A stretch of DNA of 64,000 nucleotides, taken from Bacteroidales bacterium. GTDB lineage: Bacteria > Bacteroidota > Bacteroidia > Bacteroidales > UBA7960. The notes under the pieces are model-generated. The model searched no databases. It was not told the origin of the DNA and saw only the letters and a program-made list of their open reading frames with translations. The stretch lies in NCBI GenBank assembly GCA_019429365.1, contig JAHYJD010000004.1, positions 26,663 to 90,662 on the forward strand. The letters run 5' to 3'. A program made the position numbers and the translations under genes. Positions 1 through 8,943 of the stretch are shown here, one piece after another; positions within the stretch are counted from its first letter, which is position 1, and each line of letters opens with the position of its first letter.

Positions 1-566
1 GGGTTGATGTGGAATACCCGGTTGAAAAGCAGTGGAAACTGGTGGTAGCCACCGACCTTCATGCATCCAGGCAACTGATCAACCCGGTAAAAATCATCGT
101 AAAGTCATTCGACAAGAAGAATTATTTTGTAAACCGAGACCTCGACCCGCTTTATTCGCCCGAAATGGTAATCAGCCTTGCTGATACTTTGACCTTTACT
201 GTTAACGAATACACGGCCGAGATGAATGATCTGGAGCAGCGCACCATTTTTTACGGCATGGGCATGGGGCACCACCCCAATCCGGTTTTCAAGGGCACTT
301 CACTTACTAAAGTCTTTTCAAAGCATATCGACCCCTTAAACCACCATTTGTTCAGACACGGCCTGGTTTGCTTTGCCGGACTCGATGGTTACCGCACCGT
401 GTTCAGTTATTCCGAGCTGTTCAACCGTCTCGATCAGAACCCTGCTATGCTTATCGTTACCGAAGAAGGACGTGATGGGGGCCATTACCGCATTTTTCAT
501 CCGCTCGATTTCTACGCCGACCGCTCGGTGAAATCTTTGGCAGAAATGTACATTTTTACCGAATAA
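1..566 (+). CDS. Partial (5'-truncated) hypothetical protein resembling molybdopterin-dependent oxidoreductase-like domain proteins
   Basis: Frame is open to the window edge. The motif GLDGYRTVFSYSEL...RIFHPLDFYADRSVK resembles the Oxidored_molyb-like fold. Confidence 0.45.
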   Translation, partial: VDVEYPVEKQWKLVVATDLHASRQLINPVKIIVKSFDKKNYFVNRDLDPLYSPEMVISLADTLTFTVNEYTAEMNDLEQRTIFYGMGMGHHPNPVFKGTSLTKVFSKHIDPLNHHLFRHGLVCFAGLDGYRTVFSYSELFNRLDQNPAMLIVTEEGRDGGHYRIFHPLDFYADRSVKSLAEMYIFTE

Positions 567-619
567 AAGCAGAAGAAGACTAAATTTGTTGCTTTCTTTC
601 CGGATAGTTGTTATATGCT

Positions 620-1582
620 ATGAAGGACAACAAATTTGTTTTTGCCCTTTTCCTGGTCATGCTGCTTGCCTGGGTTTTTCCGGGCCCGGGCGCGCCTGAT
701 AGTGTTATCCCGCTGAAAACCATTGGCAGCATTGGTATTTCGCTGATCTTCTTTTTTTACGGGCTGAAGCTGAGTCCGGAAAAACTGCGGGCAGGTTTGA
801 GCAACTTCAGGCTTCATTTGCTGGTGCAACTGTCGACATTCTTGCTGTTCCCGCTGATTGTCCTGCCGTTTTATCCGCTGATGAAAACCGAAAGCCAGCA
901 AACGCTCTGGCTGGCCATGTTTTTTCTTGCGGCCTTGCCATCAACGGTTTCTTCATCAGTAGTGCTTACTTCGCTGGGCAAGGGAAACGTTCCGGCGGCC
1001 ATATTCAATGCCAGCATTTCAGGCATTATTGGCATTATGGTCACTCCCTTATGGATGGGTTTATTCATGCATGCAAAGTCGGGCGACTTTGACTTTTCGC
1101 AAATCTATCTTAAACTTTTCCTTGAGATCATTCTCCCGGTAATTCTTGGCTTGCTGTTGCGGCCGAGGTTCCATCATTTCACTATCAGGTTCAGCCGCCA
1201 ACTTACCCTTTTCGACAAATCGGTCATTTTGCTGATCGTTTACCGGAGTTTTGCTGCTTCTTTTCATGCAGGATATTTTGAAGGAATCAGCTGGCCTGAC
1301 CTGCTCTTGCTTATGGCAATTGTAATCGGACTTTTTTTCCTAATTTATGGTATTATCCTTTTATTAACCAGGGCTTTTGGATTTAACCGCGAAGACCGCA
1401 TTACGGCTCTGTTTTGCGGCTCACAGAAATCATTGGTGCATGGCAGCGTTTTTTCAAATGTGCTTTTTGCCGGCATGTCAATTGCAGGCATCATGCTTTT
1501 GCCGTTAATGATTTTTCATGCGTTTCAGATTTTTGTAATAAGCGTGATTTCGTCACGTTATGCCAGGAGGGAGGGAGTTTGA
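620..1582 (+). CDS. Bile acid:sodium symporter family (SBF-like) transporter
   Basis: About 9 TM helices; motifs FFFYGLKLS, LPSTVSSSV, FCGSQKSL. ATG at 620 preferred over TTG at 608. Confidence 0.9.
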   Translation: MKDNKFVFALFLVMLLAWVFPGPGAPDSVIPLKTIGSIGISLIFFFYGLKLSPEKLRAGLSNFRLHLLVQLSTFLLFPLIVLPFYPLMKTESQQTLWLAMFFLAALPSTVSSSVVLTSLGKGNVPAAIFNASISGIIGIMVTPLWMGLFMHAKSGDFDFSQIYLKLFLEIILPVILGLLLRPRFHHFTIRFSRQLTLFDKSVILLIVYRSFAASFHAGYFEGISWPDLLLLMAIVIGLFFLIYGIILLLTRAFGFNREDRITALFCGSQKSLVHGSVFSNVLFAGMSIAGIMLLPLMIFHAFQIFVISVISSRYARREGV

Positions 1583-1625
1583 GGTTTGAAGTTCAAAGTT
1601 TAAAGTTTAAAGTTTAAAGTTCAAG
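1577..1625. repeat. Degenerate 7-bp tandem repeat (GTTTAAA-like) x7
   Basis: gtttgag gtttgaa gttcaaa gtttaaa gtttaaa gtttaaa gttcaag. Confidence 0.85.
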
Positions 1626-1747
1626 ATTAGCTCACCGCTCTGACTGCCCTTCATAATAAAAAACTTGTAAGTTTTAAACGCACTACTTATTTTAGCCAAC
1701 AGAAAAAGCTTCGATTTCCAATTAGACTGAGAACCGATACAAGTACC

Positions 1748-3511
1748 ATGAAATTTTGGCAATTTGCAACCTTCCTTTTCGCGCTTTTTTTATGCATTGG
1801 AGTCAAGGCTTCGAATCATTGGAGTGATCCGCCTCACCAGGAAGTCAGACGCACTGTTTTGGAGAGAGAAGAAACCTTTAGGCCGGGGGTTATAAAAGAA
1901 GACCTATTGGTTTTAGATTCCATATTCGTCAACAATATGGTTTCTGAGGTGGTTACATCGCGCATAAAAAAGGAAAGATTTGTGGTAGTTGATTCGGTTG
2001 CCGTTGGCCAAAGAATGCTTTTTAACAACCAAGGCGAACTTTTTCTTATGGAACACTTCAGGAACGGTAAACTTGAAAGGGTTGATTGCCTTTACCCCCG
2101 CCACCAAAACCTGATACCCAACGGGAGTTTTGAGCAAGTTGAAGACATAAATGAACACTTAATCAATACCGACTCTAAAATTTTCTCCTCCTGGGCAAAT
2201 GACTTTGAGCACGACAGGACTGTTGAGTTGGACGAGATTAGAGTTGAGGGTAAAGATACCATTAGGTTTGAAAGAGTCACAGACTTATACTTTAGTGAAA
2301 CCCCCAAGTGCGAAAGAACTTTAGAAATAGAAAGTTTTTTTGTTTATCGAAATTCGAAGTTAGTGGACTCCATTTTTAGCCGGGTTATTTCATATCGTCT
2401 GCGTGGTGGTTGTTTTCTTGTCCCACATAATTGCAATTATTCTGACCTTGGAATGGATGTTGCAAATTGGAATAGTTTAGGCAAACTTTCGCCCAAAATC
2501 CTCAACTGGCCTCGTAAAACACCCCATCATCCTCTTGAAGGTTTCATTAGTCATCACCGAAATTTCAAAACCGTTTGTGGCAACAATTTTGCTCAAATTA
2601 CTTCCAAATTCTGCGATAACCCTCATTGTATTGTTTTGGCAAGCAATCCTTTAATAATAAGCCGACTTGCTACAACCCTCCCAAAAGGCAGGCACTATAA
2701 ACTGAGCTTTTGGGTCTGGAAGCCCCGGGTTTATGAGCCGGCATCACAATTAACAGTTGGGTTTTGGAAAAATGAACCCGATGAATCAATTGCTTCTTTT
2801 TCAGAAAATAGTTTGGTAGTCAGTGATTTCCACAACCCTGTTATTGGAGAGTGGTACAAAGTAGATTTGCAATTTGTGGCTGCCGATTTTTTTCGCTACC
2901 TCACAGTTGGGTTTCACCAAAACGAAAGTACCAAAGATCCTTCTTATCAAACTGTTACCAGCTATTTAGACAGTTTTGTACTTGTACCTGAGGACATAGT
3001 CGACCAGGATGTGGATAAATTGTTTTATCCGGATATTATTCTGGCAGCGCATCATGATGAAACCAATCTGTTAGCAGGTGATGGTGAGGACAAAACTGAA
3101 CAGCCAGTTTCCCCGGCTGGAGTGGAGCCGCAAATTGACCTTGAAGGTGAAAAGAAAGTGACTGAAATATCTGAATTTAGTTTTGGTCCAATCTTGTTCG
3201 AAACCAACTCTGCCGATCTTAACTTCGAGGCATTTCAAATACTCGATAGTCTGGCCCAATTTCTTAAAGAAAACAGTCATTGGGAACTTCAAATTACAGG
3301 CCATACCGACAACGCCGGAACCCCGGTGCACAACCTGGATTTATCCACGCGAAGGGCAGGCAATGTAGCGGATTACTTGATAGGGAAAGGCATTGAAGAA
3401 ACGCGGCTCAACATTAAAGGGCTTGGCAGCACTGGGCCTGTTGATACCAACGAAACCCCGGAAGGGATGCAAAAAAACCGAAGGGTAGAATTGAGATTGT
3501 ATGTGGACTAA
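1748..3511 (+). CDS. Secreted OmpA-family protein with C-terminal peptidoglycan-binding domain
   Basis: Signal peptide; QNLIPNGSFE motif; C-terminal ILFETNS...ITGHTDNAG...NLDLSTRRA...NRRVE. Confidence 0.85.
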   Translation: MKFWQFATFLFALFLCIGVKASNHWSDPPHQEVRRTVLEREETFRPGVIKEDLLVLDSIFVNNMVSEVVTSRIKKERFVVVDSVAVGQRMLFNNQGELFLMEHFRNGKLERVDCLYPRHQNLIPNGSFEQVEDINEHLINTDSKIFSSWANDFEHDRTVELDEIRVEGKDTIRFERVTDLYFSETPKCERTLEIESFFVYRNSKLVDSIFSRVISYRLRGGCFLVPHNCNYSDLGMDVANWNSLGKLSPKILNWPRKTPHHPLEGFISHHRNFKTVCGNNFAQITSKFCDNPHCIVLASNPLIISRLATTLPKGRHYKLSFWVWKPRVYEPASQLTVGFWKNEPDESIASFSENSLVVSDFHNPVIGEWYKVDLQFVAADFFRYLTVGFHQNESTKDPSYQTVTSYLDSFVLVPEDIVDQDVDKLFYPDIILAAHHDETNLLAGDGEDKTEQPVSPAGVEPQIDLEGEKKVTEISEFSFGPILFETNSADLNFEAFQILDSLAQFLKENSHWELQITGHTDNAGTPVHNLDLSTRRAGNVADYLIGKGIEETRLNIKGLGSTGPVDTNETPEGMQKNRRVELRLYVD

Positions 3512-3586
3512 ACCCTAATCCTATTGTTCCCGGTTTTTATGTCCGTTTTTTTCATGAATCATTTCAAGGAATTCAGGGAAATTTTA

Positions 3587-3594
3587 TAGCTTTG
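3587..3594 (+). promoter_or_regulatory. Bacteroidota sigmaA -7 box for arcC-arcB
   Basis: TAGCTTTG(CA) matches TAnnTTTG. Confidence 0.6.
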
Positions 3595-3870
3595 CATTGG
3601 TTTTTGTAAATGCTTAATTTAAAACCAATTAGCTTAATGAAGTTGTTCCCCGGATTGCTTCTGATTTTCTTCCAGGCCCTGGCAGGCATCCCCGATTAAG
3701 GCCTTTGCCGCGGGGCCGCTAATTTGGTCATTAAGAAGGATCAGAAGAAAACGTGAACGGGTTTTTTCCTTAAGTTTCTTTTTCCCCACTTTAAATGAAC
3801 CGGCGCCCCAAAAAGGTTTCCGGTTTTTGTTTTCTGAAATCAATCATTTAAATAAAATTTAAAAATAGTT

Positions 3871-4815
3871 ATGAAAAAATTATCGGTTATTGCCTTTGGT
3901 GGCAACGCCCTGCTTCGGGGAGACCAGATTGGCACCATCGACGAGCAGGAACAAAATGTTTACGAAACCTGCCAGCATTTGGTAGGTTTGATCAAAACGG
4001 GTTACGATTTGGTAATCGGTCACGGTAATGGCCCACAAGTGGGGAATGTGCTGTTGCAGCACGAAGCCGGATACCGTATTTACGGACTGCCCAAGCAGCC
4101 CATCGATTTTTGCGTGGCCGAAACCCAGGGCTCCATCGGTTTTATGATAGAGCAACAATTGCGTAATGTTCTGGCTGAAAACGGCATTGTGCGAAACATC
4201 GTTACCCTGGTAACCCAGGTGATGGTCGACAAGAACGATCCGGCCTTCCAGAACCCCACCAAGCCCGTGGGTCCCTTTTATACGCTGGAAGAAATGGAAG
4301 AATTAAAAGCCAAGCAGCCCGAGTGGGTTTTTCATGAAGATCCGCGCAAGCGTGGCTGGAGAAGGGTAGTGGCTTCGCCAAGGCCCATCAGCATTCCCAA
4401 CTGGGAAGCAGTGGAGAAACTGGCACGCACAGGAACCATTGTGATAACGGTTGGCGGAGGCGGCATCCCTGCATATATTGATGACAAAGGCAAAATGATC
4501 GGTATTGATGCAGTGATAGACAAGGACCTTGCCTCATCATTGCTGGCAAACAAGATCAAGGCTGACGAGTTTTGCATTCTGACCGATGTGCCCAATGTGT
4601 TTATCAACTTCCACAAGCCCGGCGAACAAAAACTGGAGCGGGTTTCCATTCCTGAAATCAAAAAGCACCTGGCCGACGGGCAATTCACCGAAGGCAGTAT
4701 GGCACCCAAAGTGAGGGCCTGCATCGAATTCGTGGAAAACGGCGGCAAGGAAGCCATCATTACCGAAGCCACCCAACTCGAAACCCCCGGTGCCGGCACG
4801 GTGATTTATGGGTGA
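3871..4815 (+). CDS. arcC: Carbamate kinase
   Basis: AFGGNAL, HGNGPQVG, PTKPVGPFY, RRVVASP, AVIDKD, GSMAPKV. Confidence 0.97.
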   Translation: MKKLSVIAFGGNALLRGDQIGTIDEQEQNVYETCQHLVGLIKTGYDLVIGHGNGPQVGNVLLQHEAGYRIYGLPKQPIDFCVAETQGSIGFMIEQQLRNVLAENGIVRNIVTLVTQVMVDKNDPAFQNPTKPVGPFYTLEEMEELKAKQPEWVFHEDPRKRGWRRVVASPRPISIPNWEAVEKLARTGTIVITVGGGGIPAYIDDKGKMIGIDAVIDKDLASSLLANKIKADEFCILTDVPNVFINFHKPGEQKLERVSIPEIKKHLADGQFTEGSMAPKVRACIEFVENGGKEAIITEATQLETPGAGTVIYG

Positions 4816-4819
4816 TTTT

Positions 4820-4951
4820 TAAGGAATAAAGGATAAAGGTTAAAGCCTGCCTGCCCACCACAGGCGGGTAAACCGGCAGGCAGGGAGAAAGTAACCTTGA
4901 ACTTGAAACCTGAAATCCCAAATCCCAAACTCCAAACCTCGAACTCCGAAC
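4820..4951. repeat. Intergenic composite: 7-mer repeats, then CCTGCCTGCC...GGCAGGCAGG palindrome, then 8 further 7-mer repeats
   Basis: taaggaa taaagga taaaggt taaagcc; inverted repeat 4846-4855/4875-4884; aaccttg aacttga aacctga aatccca aatccca aactcca aacctcg aactccg. Confidence 0.8.
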
Positions 4952-4986
4952 ATATTTTTTCAATTAACCATTAATAATTATTTACC

Positions 4987-5988
4987 ATGGCTTACAATCT
5001 TAGAAACAGAAGTTTTTTAAAGCTGCTTGATTTCACTCCAAAGGAAATTAAGTTTTTGCTCGACTTATCGTTGGACCTCAAAAAGGCCAAGTATGGCGGT
5101 TATGAGCAGCAGCGCCTTAAGGGAAAGAACATTGCCCTGATCTTTGAAAAGGACAGCACCCGTACGCGCTGCGCTTTTGAGGTGGCTGCCTTCGACCAGG
5201 GTGCCCTGGTAACCTACCTCGGACCCAGCGGCAGCCAGATCGGCAAAAAGGAATCGATGAAGGACACTGCCCGCGTACTCGGACGAATGTATGATGGCAT
5301 TGAATACCGCGGCTATGCTCAAAAAACCGTTGAAGAACTGGCTGAGTATTCAGGTGTACCAGTGTGGAACGGTCTTACCAACGAGTTCCACCCCACCCAA
5401 ATTTTGGCTGACTTCCTCACCATGATGGAGCACAGCGACAAGCCCCTGAACCAGGTTAAGTTTTGCTACCTGGGCGATGCCCGCAACAACATGGGTAACT
5501 CCCTGCTGGTAGGTGCTGCTAAAATGGGTATGGACTTCCGTGCTGCTGCGCCCAAATCGGTGCAGCCCAGCGAAGAGCTGGTGGCCCAGTGCCGCGAAAT
5601 TGCCAAGGAAACCGGCGCAAAGATCACCATTACCGACAATGTGGCCGAAGCTGTAAAAGACTGCGATTTCCTCTATACCGACGTATGGGTGTCGATGGGC
5701 GAGCCCGCAGAAGTTTGGGTAGAGCGCATCAACCTTTTGAAGCCTTACCAGGTGAATATGGATGTGATCAAAAAAACCGGCAACCCCAAGGTGAAATTCC
5801 TGCACTGCCTGCCGGCATTCCACAACCGCGAAACCACCATTGGCGAGGACATCTTCCAGAAGTTTGGTTTGGATGGCATGGAAGTGGTTGAAGAAGTTTT
5901 CGAATCAGAACACTCCATTGTATTCGATCAGGCCGAGAATCGCCTGCATACCATTAAAGCCGTTATGGTTGCTACTTTGGGTAGCTAG
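4987..5988 (+). CDS. arcB: Ornithine carbamoyltransferase, likely catabolic
   Basis: [24 protein letters not shown]; directly downstream of arcC. Confidence 0.95.
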   Translation: MAYNLRNRSFLKLLDFTPKEIKFLLDLSLDLKKAKYGGYEQQRLKGKNIALIFEKDSTRTRCAFEVAAFDQGALVTYLGPSGSQIGKKESMKDTARVLGRMYDGIEYRGYAQKTVEELAEYSGVPVWNGLTNEFHPTQILADFLTMMEHSDKPLNQVKFCYLGDARNNMGNSLLVGAAKMGMDFRAAAPKSVQPSEELVAQCREIAKETGAKITITDNVAEAVKDCDFLYTDVWVSMGEPAEVWVERINLLKPYQVNMDVIKKTGNPKVKFLHCLPAFHNRETTIGEDIFQKFGLDGMEVVEEVFESEHSIVFDQAENRLHTIKAVMVATLGS

Positions 5989-6009
5989 TCAGGCTTTTTG
6001 CAATTAAAG

Positions 6010-6047
6010 AAAGAGCCGTGGCATTTGCTGCAACGGCTCTTTTTTTT
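6010..6047. terminator. Bidirectional intrinsic terminator
   Basis: AAAGAGCCGT-loop-ACGGCTCTTTTTTTT between convergent genes. Confidence 0.85.
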
Positions 6048-6056
6048 CTCTTAGAT

Positions 6057-6274
6057 TTATTCCTGCCTGGTAGTGTCAGGAAAAGCTTTTTCCAGGGAGT
6101 CGAAAACATCGCGCAAAATCTCGTCGAGCTTAATCCCTGGGCCGAAGCCTTTCGGGCAAAATACAGTGCAGAACGCCAAATCAGGGCAATGATTAAAATC
6201 TGCCAGAGGGCATTAAGCAGGGTCCAGCCAAGGGCGCTCACCAGCGGATGCGACAGATTTTCTGCTAAACTCAT
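6057..6274 (-). pseudogene. Internally deleted M56 (BlaR1/MecR1-type) metallopeptidase sensor remnant
   Basis: ATG overlaps the blaI-like stop (ATGA). The N-terminus ALGWTLLNALWQ is typical of M56 proteins. After about 46 aa it joins out of frame to a plausible C-terminus IKLDEILRDVFDSLEKAFPDTTRQE* that ends at 6057, next to the terminator. Confidence 0.75.
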
Positions 6275-6660
6275 GACTCACCGTTTTCGAATTGTTTCAA
6301 ATAGTCTTGTAACTCACGCAGTTCCTCTGATGAAAGGCTCTCTCCATCAAGGGCACCAATCACCATGCGGCTTGCCGAACCTTTAAAGAGGCCATCGATC
6401 ATTTTATTTAAGAACTGCTTTTGCGTTTTTTCGCGGGTAACCAGGGAGGTGTAAACATGGGTGCGGGTGCTGGTGTCGCGCCCGAGCAGACCCTTGTCGG
6501 TCATGATTTGCATGGTTTTCAGGGTAGTGGTGTAACCAATGTCACGGGTCAGTTCCAATACTTCATGTACTTCGCGTACCGTAGCTTCGCCTTTTTCCCA
6601 TAATACCTGAAGAATCTCCAGTTCGCTCTCAGTGGGGTGATATTTCTTCTCTGAATTCAT
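6271..6660 (-). CDS. BlaI/MecI/CopY family transcriptional repressor
   Basis: PTESELEILQVLWEKGEATVREVHE...GYTTTLKTMQIM...LFKGSASRMV; ATG at 6660. Confidence 0.93.
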   Translation of the reverse strand: MNSEKKYHPTESELEILQVLWEKGEATVREVHEVLELTRDIGYTTTLKTMQIMTDKGLLGRDTSTRTHVYTSLVTREKTQKQFLNKMIDGLFKGSASRMVIGALDGESLSSEELRELQDYLKQFENGES

Positions 6661-6662
6661 AA

Positions 6663-6705
6663 TACGATTGTTTTCGTAGACAAATATAGTACGAAAGTTT
6701 TCGTA
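6663..6705. promoter_or_regulatory. Two palindromic operators TACGA-N6-TCGTA flanking a minus-strand TATATTTG -7 box
   Basis: tacgattgttttcgta at 6663-6678 and tacgaaagttttcgta at 6690-6705, with caaatata between them. Confidence 0.75.
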
Positions 6706-6945
6706 ATGCAAGTTTTCTAAATTTTTTTTTTTAAAATTATTAATTTTTGCAACAAATAAATAAAATACTAAGCCCGGAAATTAAATAATGTAAATAAACA
6801 GAAAAACTATAGTATTAATAGTAGTTTTAGAGGGCTGAAAAAATTCAACAATTGTTTTAAAATTATAATTGGTATTCGTGTTTTGTGCATAAAAATGTCA
6901 TAATTTAGCGCCTTGTTTTAATTTAAACCAAACAACATTAAAACT

Positions 6946-8325
6946 ATGAGAAAGATCTTTGTAATGTTGATGGCCGCAGTGCTTTTATCGAGCGCGGCTT
7001 ATGCCGGTGGTATTATGACCAATACCAACCAGAGTGCATCCTATGTTCGTATGTTGGCTCGCGACGCTTCCCTGGGAATTGACGCGGTTTACTTTAACCC
7101 CGCTGGTCTTACCAGCTTAAACAATGGATTTTACCTTTCGCTGAGCAACCAGTCGATTTTCCAAAATCGTGAAATTACCAATGAAAACCCCCTTCTGAAC
7201 CGTTCGATTTACGAAGGGAAAGTTACTGCTCCTCTATTCCCCAACGTTTATGCTGTTTACAAGTACGACAAGCTTGCCTTTTCCTTTGGATTTAATCCTG
7301 TAGGTGGCGGTGGTGGTGCTGAATATGAAGACGGCCTTCCGTCGTTCGAAGCCCCTGTTGCTTCATTGGTTCCGCTGCTTTCACCTTTTGGTGTAACAGA
7401 TTATCGCAATGAGGTGTATTTTGAAGGTTCTTCCATTTTCTTTGGCGCGCAATTGGGTGTTTCCTATGCACTTACCGATATGATCTCGGTATTTGGTGGT
7501 GGCCGCTATGTTATGGCCAACAACACCTATAATGGCTATTTACGCAATATTGAAGTAAATACGCCTATTGGCTGGATGAAGCCCGGCGATTACCTTCGTG
7601 CTATCGCGCCAGGAGCGCCTCCAGCTCAGCAGCCTGTAATTCTGGGCACTGCTGCCGTACTTGATCAGCAAACCGCAGATGCCGAAGTGGATGCCAAGCA
7701 AAGTGGAAATGGTTTCACCCCAATGGTTGGTTTCAGCTTTGTGCCGAGTGACCGTTTTAATATTGGTATTAAGTATGAATTTATTACCAAACTTGAGCTG
7801 GAAAATGAAACCACCGTTGATGGAACTGGCATGTTTCCCGATGGTGCCAAAACAAACAACGATATGCCTGCAATGCTTTCGGTAGGTGCTGCTTTTAAAG
7901 CTACACCCAAACTTAATATTGCCGGTGGCGTACATTACTACTTTGATAAAAGCGCCGACTATGGCAAGGCATTGCCCAATGACGAAATCATTGACAATAA
8001 CTTCATGGAGCTGGCCTTTGGTGTGGAATACAATCTTACCCCCGAACTCATGTTGAGCGCAGGTTATCTTCGCACCCAAACCGGAGTAAACGAAAAATAC
8101 CATAACGACCTCAGCCATAGCCTCAGCACCAACTCGCTTGGCCTTGGAGGACGTTATTCAATTACCCGCAACCTCGATCTTAACCTTGGTTTTCTTTATA
8201 CCATGTATGAAGGCGATGAGATCAGCATTAATTATGGTGAGGGCCTTGGAAGCCACACCGAGTCATACAAGCGTACCAATATGGTTATTGCCCTTGGTCT
8301 GGATATTAAAATCCCCGTTCGCTAA
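6946..8325 (+). CDS. FadL/OmpP1-family outer-membrane transporter for hydrophobic compounds
   Basis: Signal peptide; GGIMTNTNQS hatch; DAVYFNPAGL motif; beta-barrel pattern. Confidence 0.85.
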   Translation: MRKIFVMLMAAVLLSSAAYAGGIMTNTNQSASYVRMLARDASLGIDAVYFNPAGLTSLNNGFYLSLSNQSIFQNREITNENPLLNRSIYEGKVTAPLFPNVYAVYKYDKLAFSFGFNPVGGGGGAEYEDGLPSFEAPVASLVPLLSPFGVTDYRNEVYFEGSSIFFGAQLGVSYALTDMISVFGGGRYVMANNTYNGYLRNIEVNTPIGWMKPGDYLRAIAPGAPPAQQPVILGTAAVLDQQTADAEVDAKQSGNGFTPMVGFSFVPSDRFNIGIKYEFITKLELENETTVDGTGMFPDGAKTNNDMPAMLSVGAAFKATPKLNIAGGVHYYFDKSADYGKALPNDEIIDNNFMELAFGVEYNLTPELMLSAGYLRTQTGVNEKYHNDLSHSLSTNSLGLGGRYSITRNLDLNLGFLYTMYEGDEISINYGEGLGSHTESYKRTNMVIALGLDIKIPVR

Positions 8326-8349
8326 TTAGGAAAAGCATATTAGAAATTA

Positions 8350-8379
8350 GGGGGCATCTGGTTCAGATGCCTCTTTTTT
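8350..8379 (+). terminator. Intrinsic terminator
   Basis: GGGGCATCTG-gtt-CAGATGCCTC-TTTTTT. Confidence 0.85.
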
Positions 8380-8447
8380 ATTGCACTGTTTATTATGTTT
8401 AATGGCGGGAATTTCCGAAATTTGAGTTAAGAATCTATCTTAAATTC

Positions 8448-8858
8448 ATGATCAAGCAACTTGAAATATCTCTTCCTGCCTTCCCGCGCGGATTTCATCT
8501 GATCACCCGCCATATTGTCAATGCCCTGGGCGAGCTGCCAGAAACAGGTTTGCTCAATGTTTTTCTTCACCACACCTCTGCGGGACTTTGTATTAACGAA
8601 AATGCCGACCCATCGGTAATGCACGACCTGGAAACCAGTTTTAACCGCATTGCCCCCGAGCGCCTGCCCGAATACATACACACCCTGGAAGGCGACGACG
8701 ACATGCCTGCCCATGTAAAATCGGCCCTCACCGGGGTTTCACTCACCATCCCCATTAGCAACGGACGCCTGAAGCTGGGTACCTGGCAGGGCATTTGCCT
8801 TTGCGAGTTCCGTAATCATGGTGGGTCCCGACGACTCACCCTTACCATTTATAGCTAG
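8448..8858 (+). CDS. yjbQ: YjbQ/UPF0047 family protein
   Basis: HTSAGL.INENADP, EGDDDMPAHVKS, LGTWQGI.LCEF. Confidence 0.92.
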   Translation: MIKQLEISLPAFPRGFHLITRHIVNALGELPETGLLNVFLHHTSAGLCINENADPSVMHDLETSFNRIAPERLPEYIHTLEGDDDMPAHVKSALTGVSLTIPISNGRLKLGTWQGICLCEFRNHGGSRRLTLTIYS

Positions 8859-8943
8859 GTTTTGATCTTCTTTTCGGGGAAAAGCAAACAATAGCCTTTA
8901 CAACTTGTTTTATATGCAAATATTTACCTCTTAAAATACTCAA

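Noticed and set aside
3634-3843. 69-aa minus-strand ORF upstream of arcC; the region was also considered as SRP or 6S RNA
   Set aside because: It has no recognisable protein features and no SRP GGAA-loop motif or 6S gene context. The region is kept only as a candidate leader.
5972-6274. 100-aa ORF taken as an intact protein
   Set aside because: Its second half runs through the terminator into arcB. It is better explained as an out-of-frame fusion from a deleted M56 gene.
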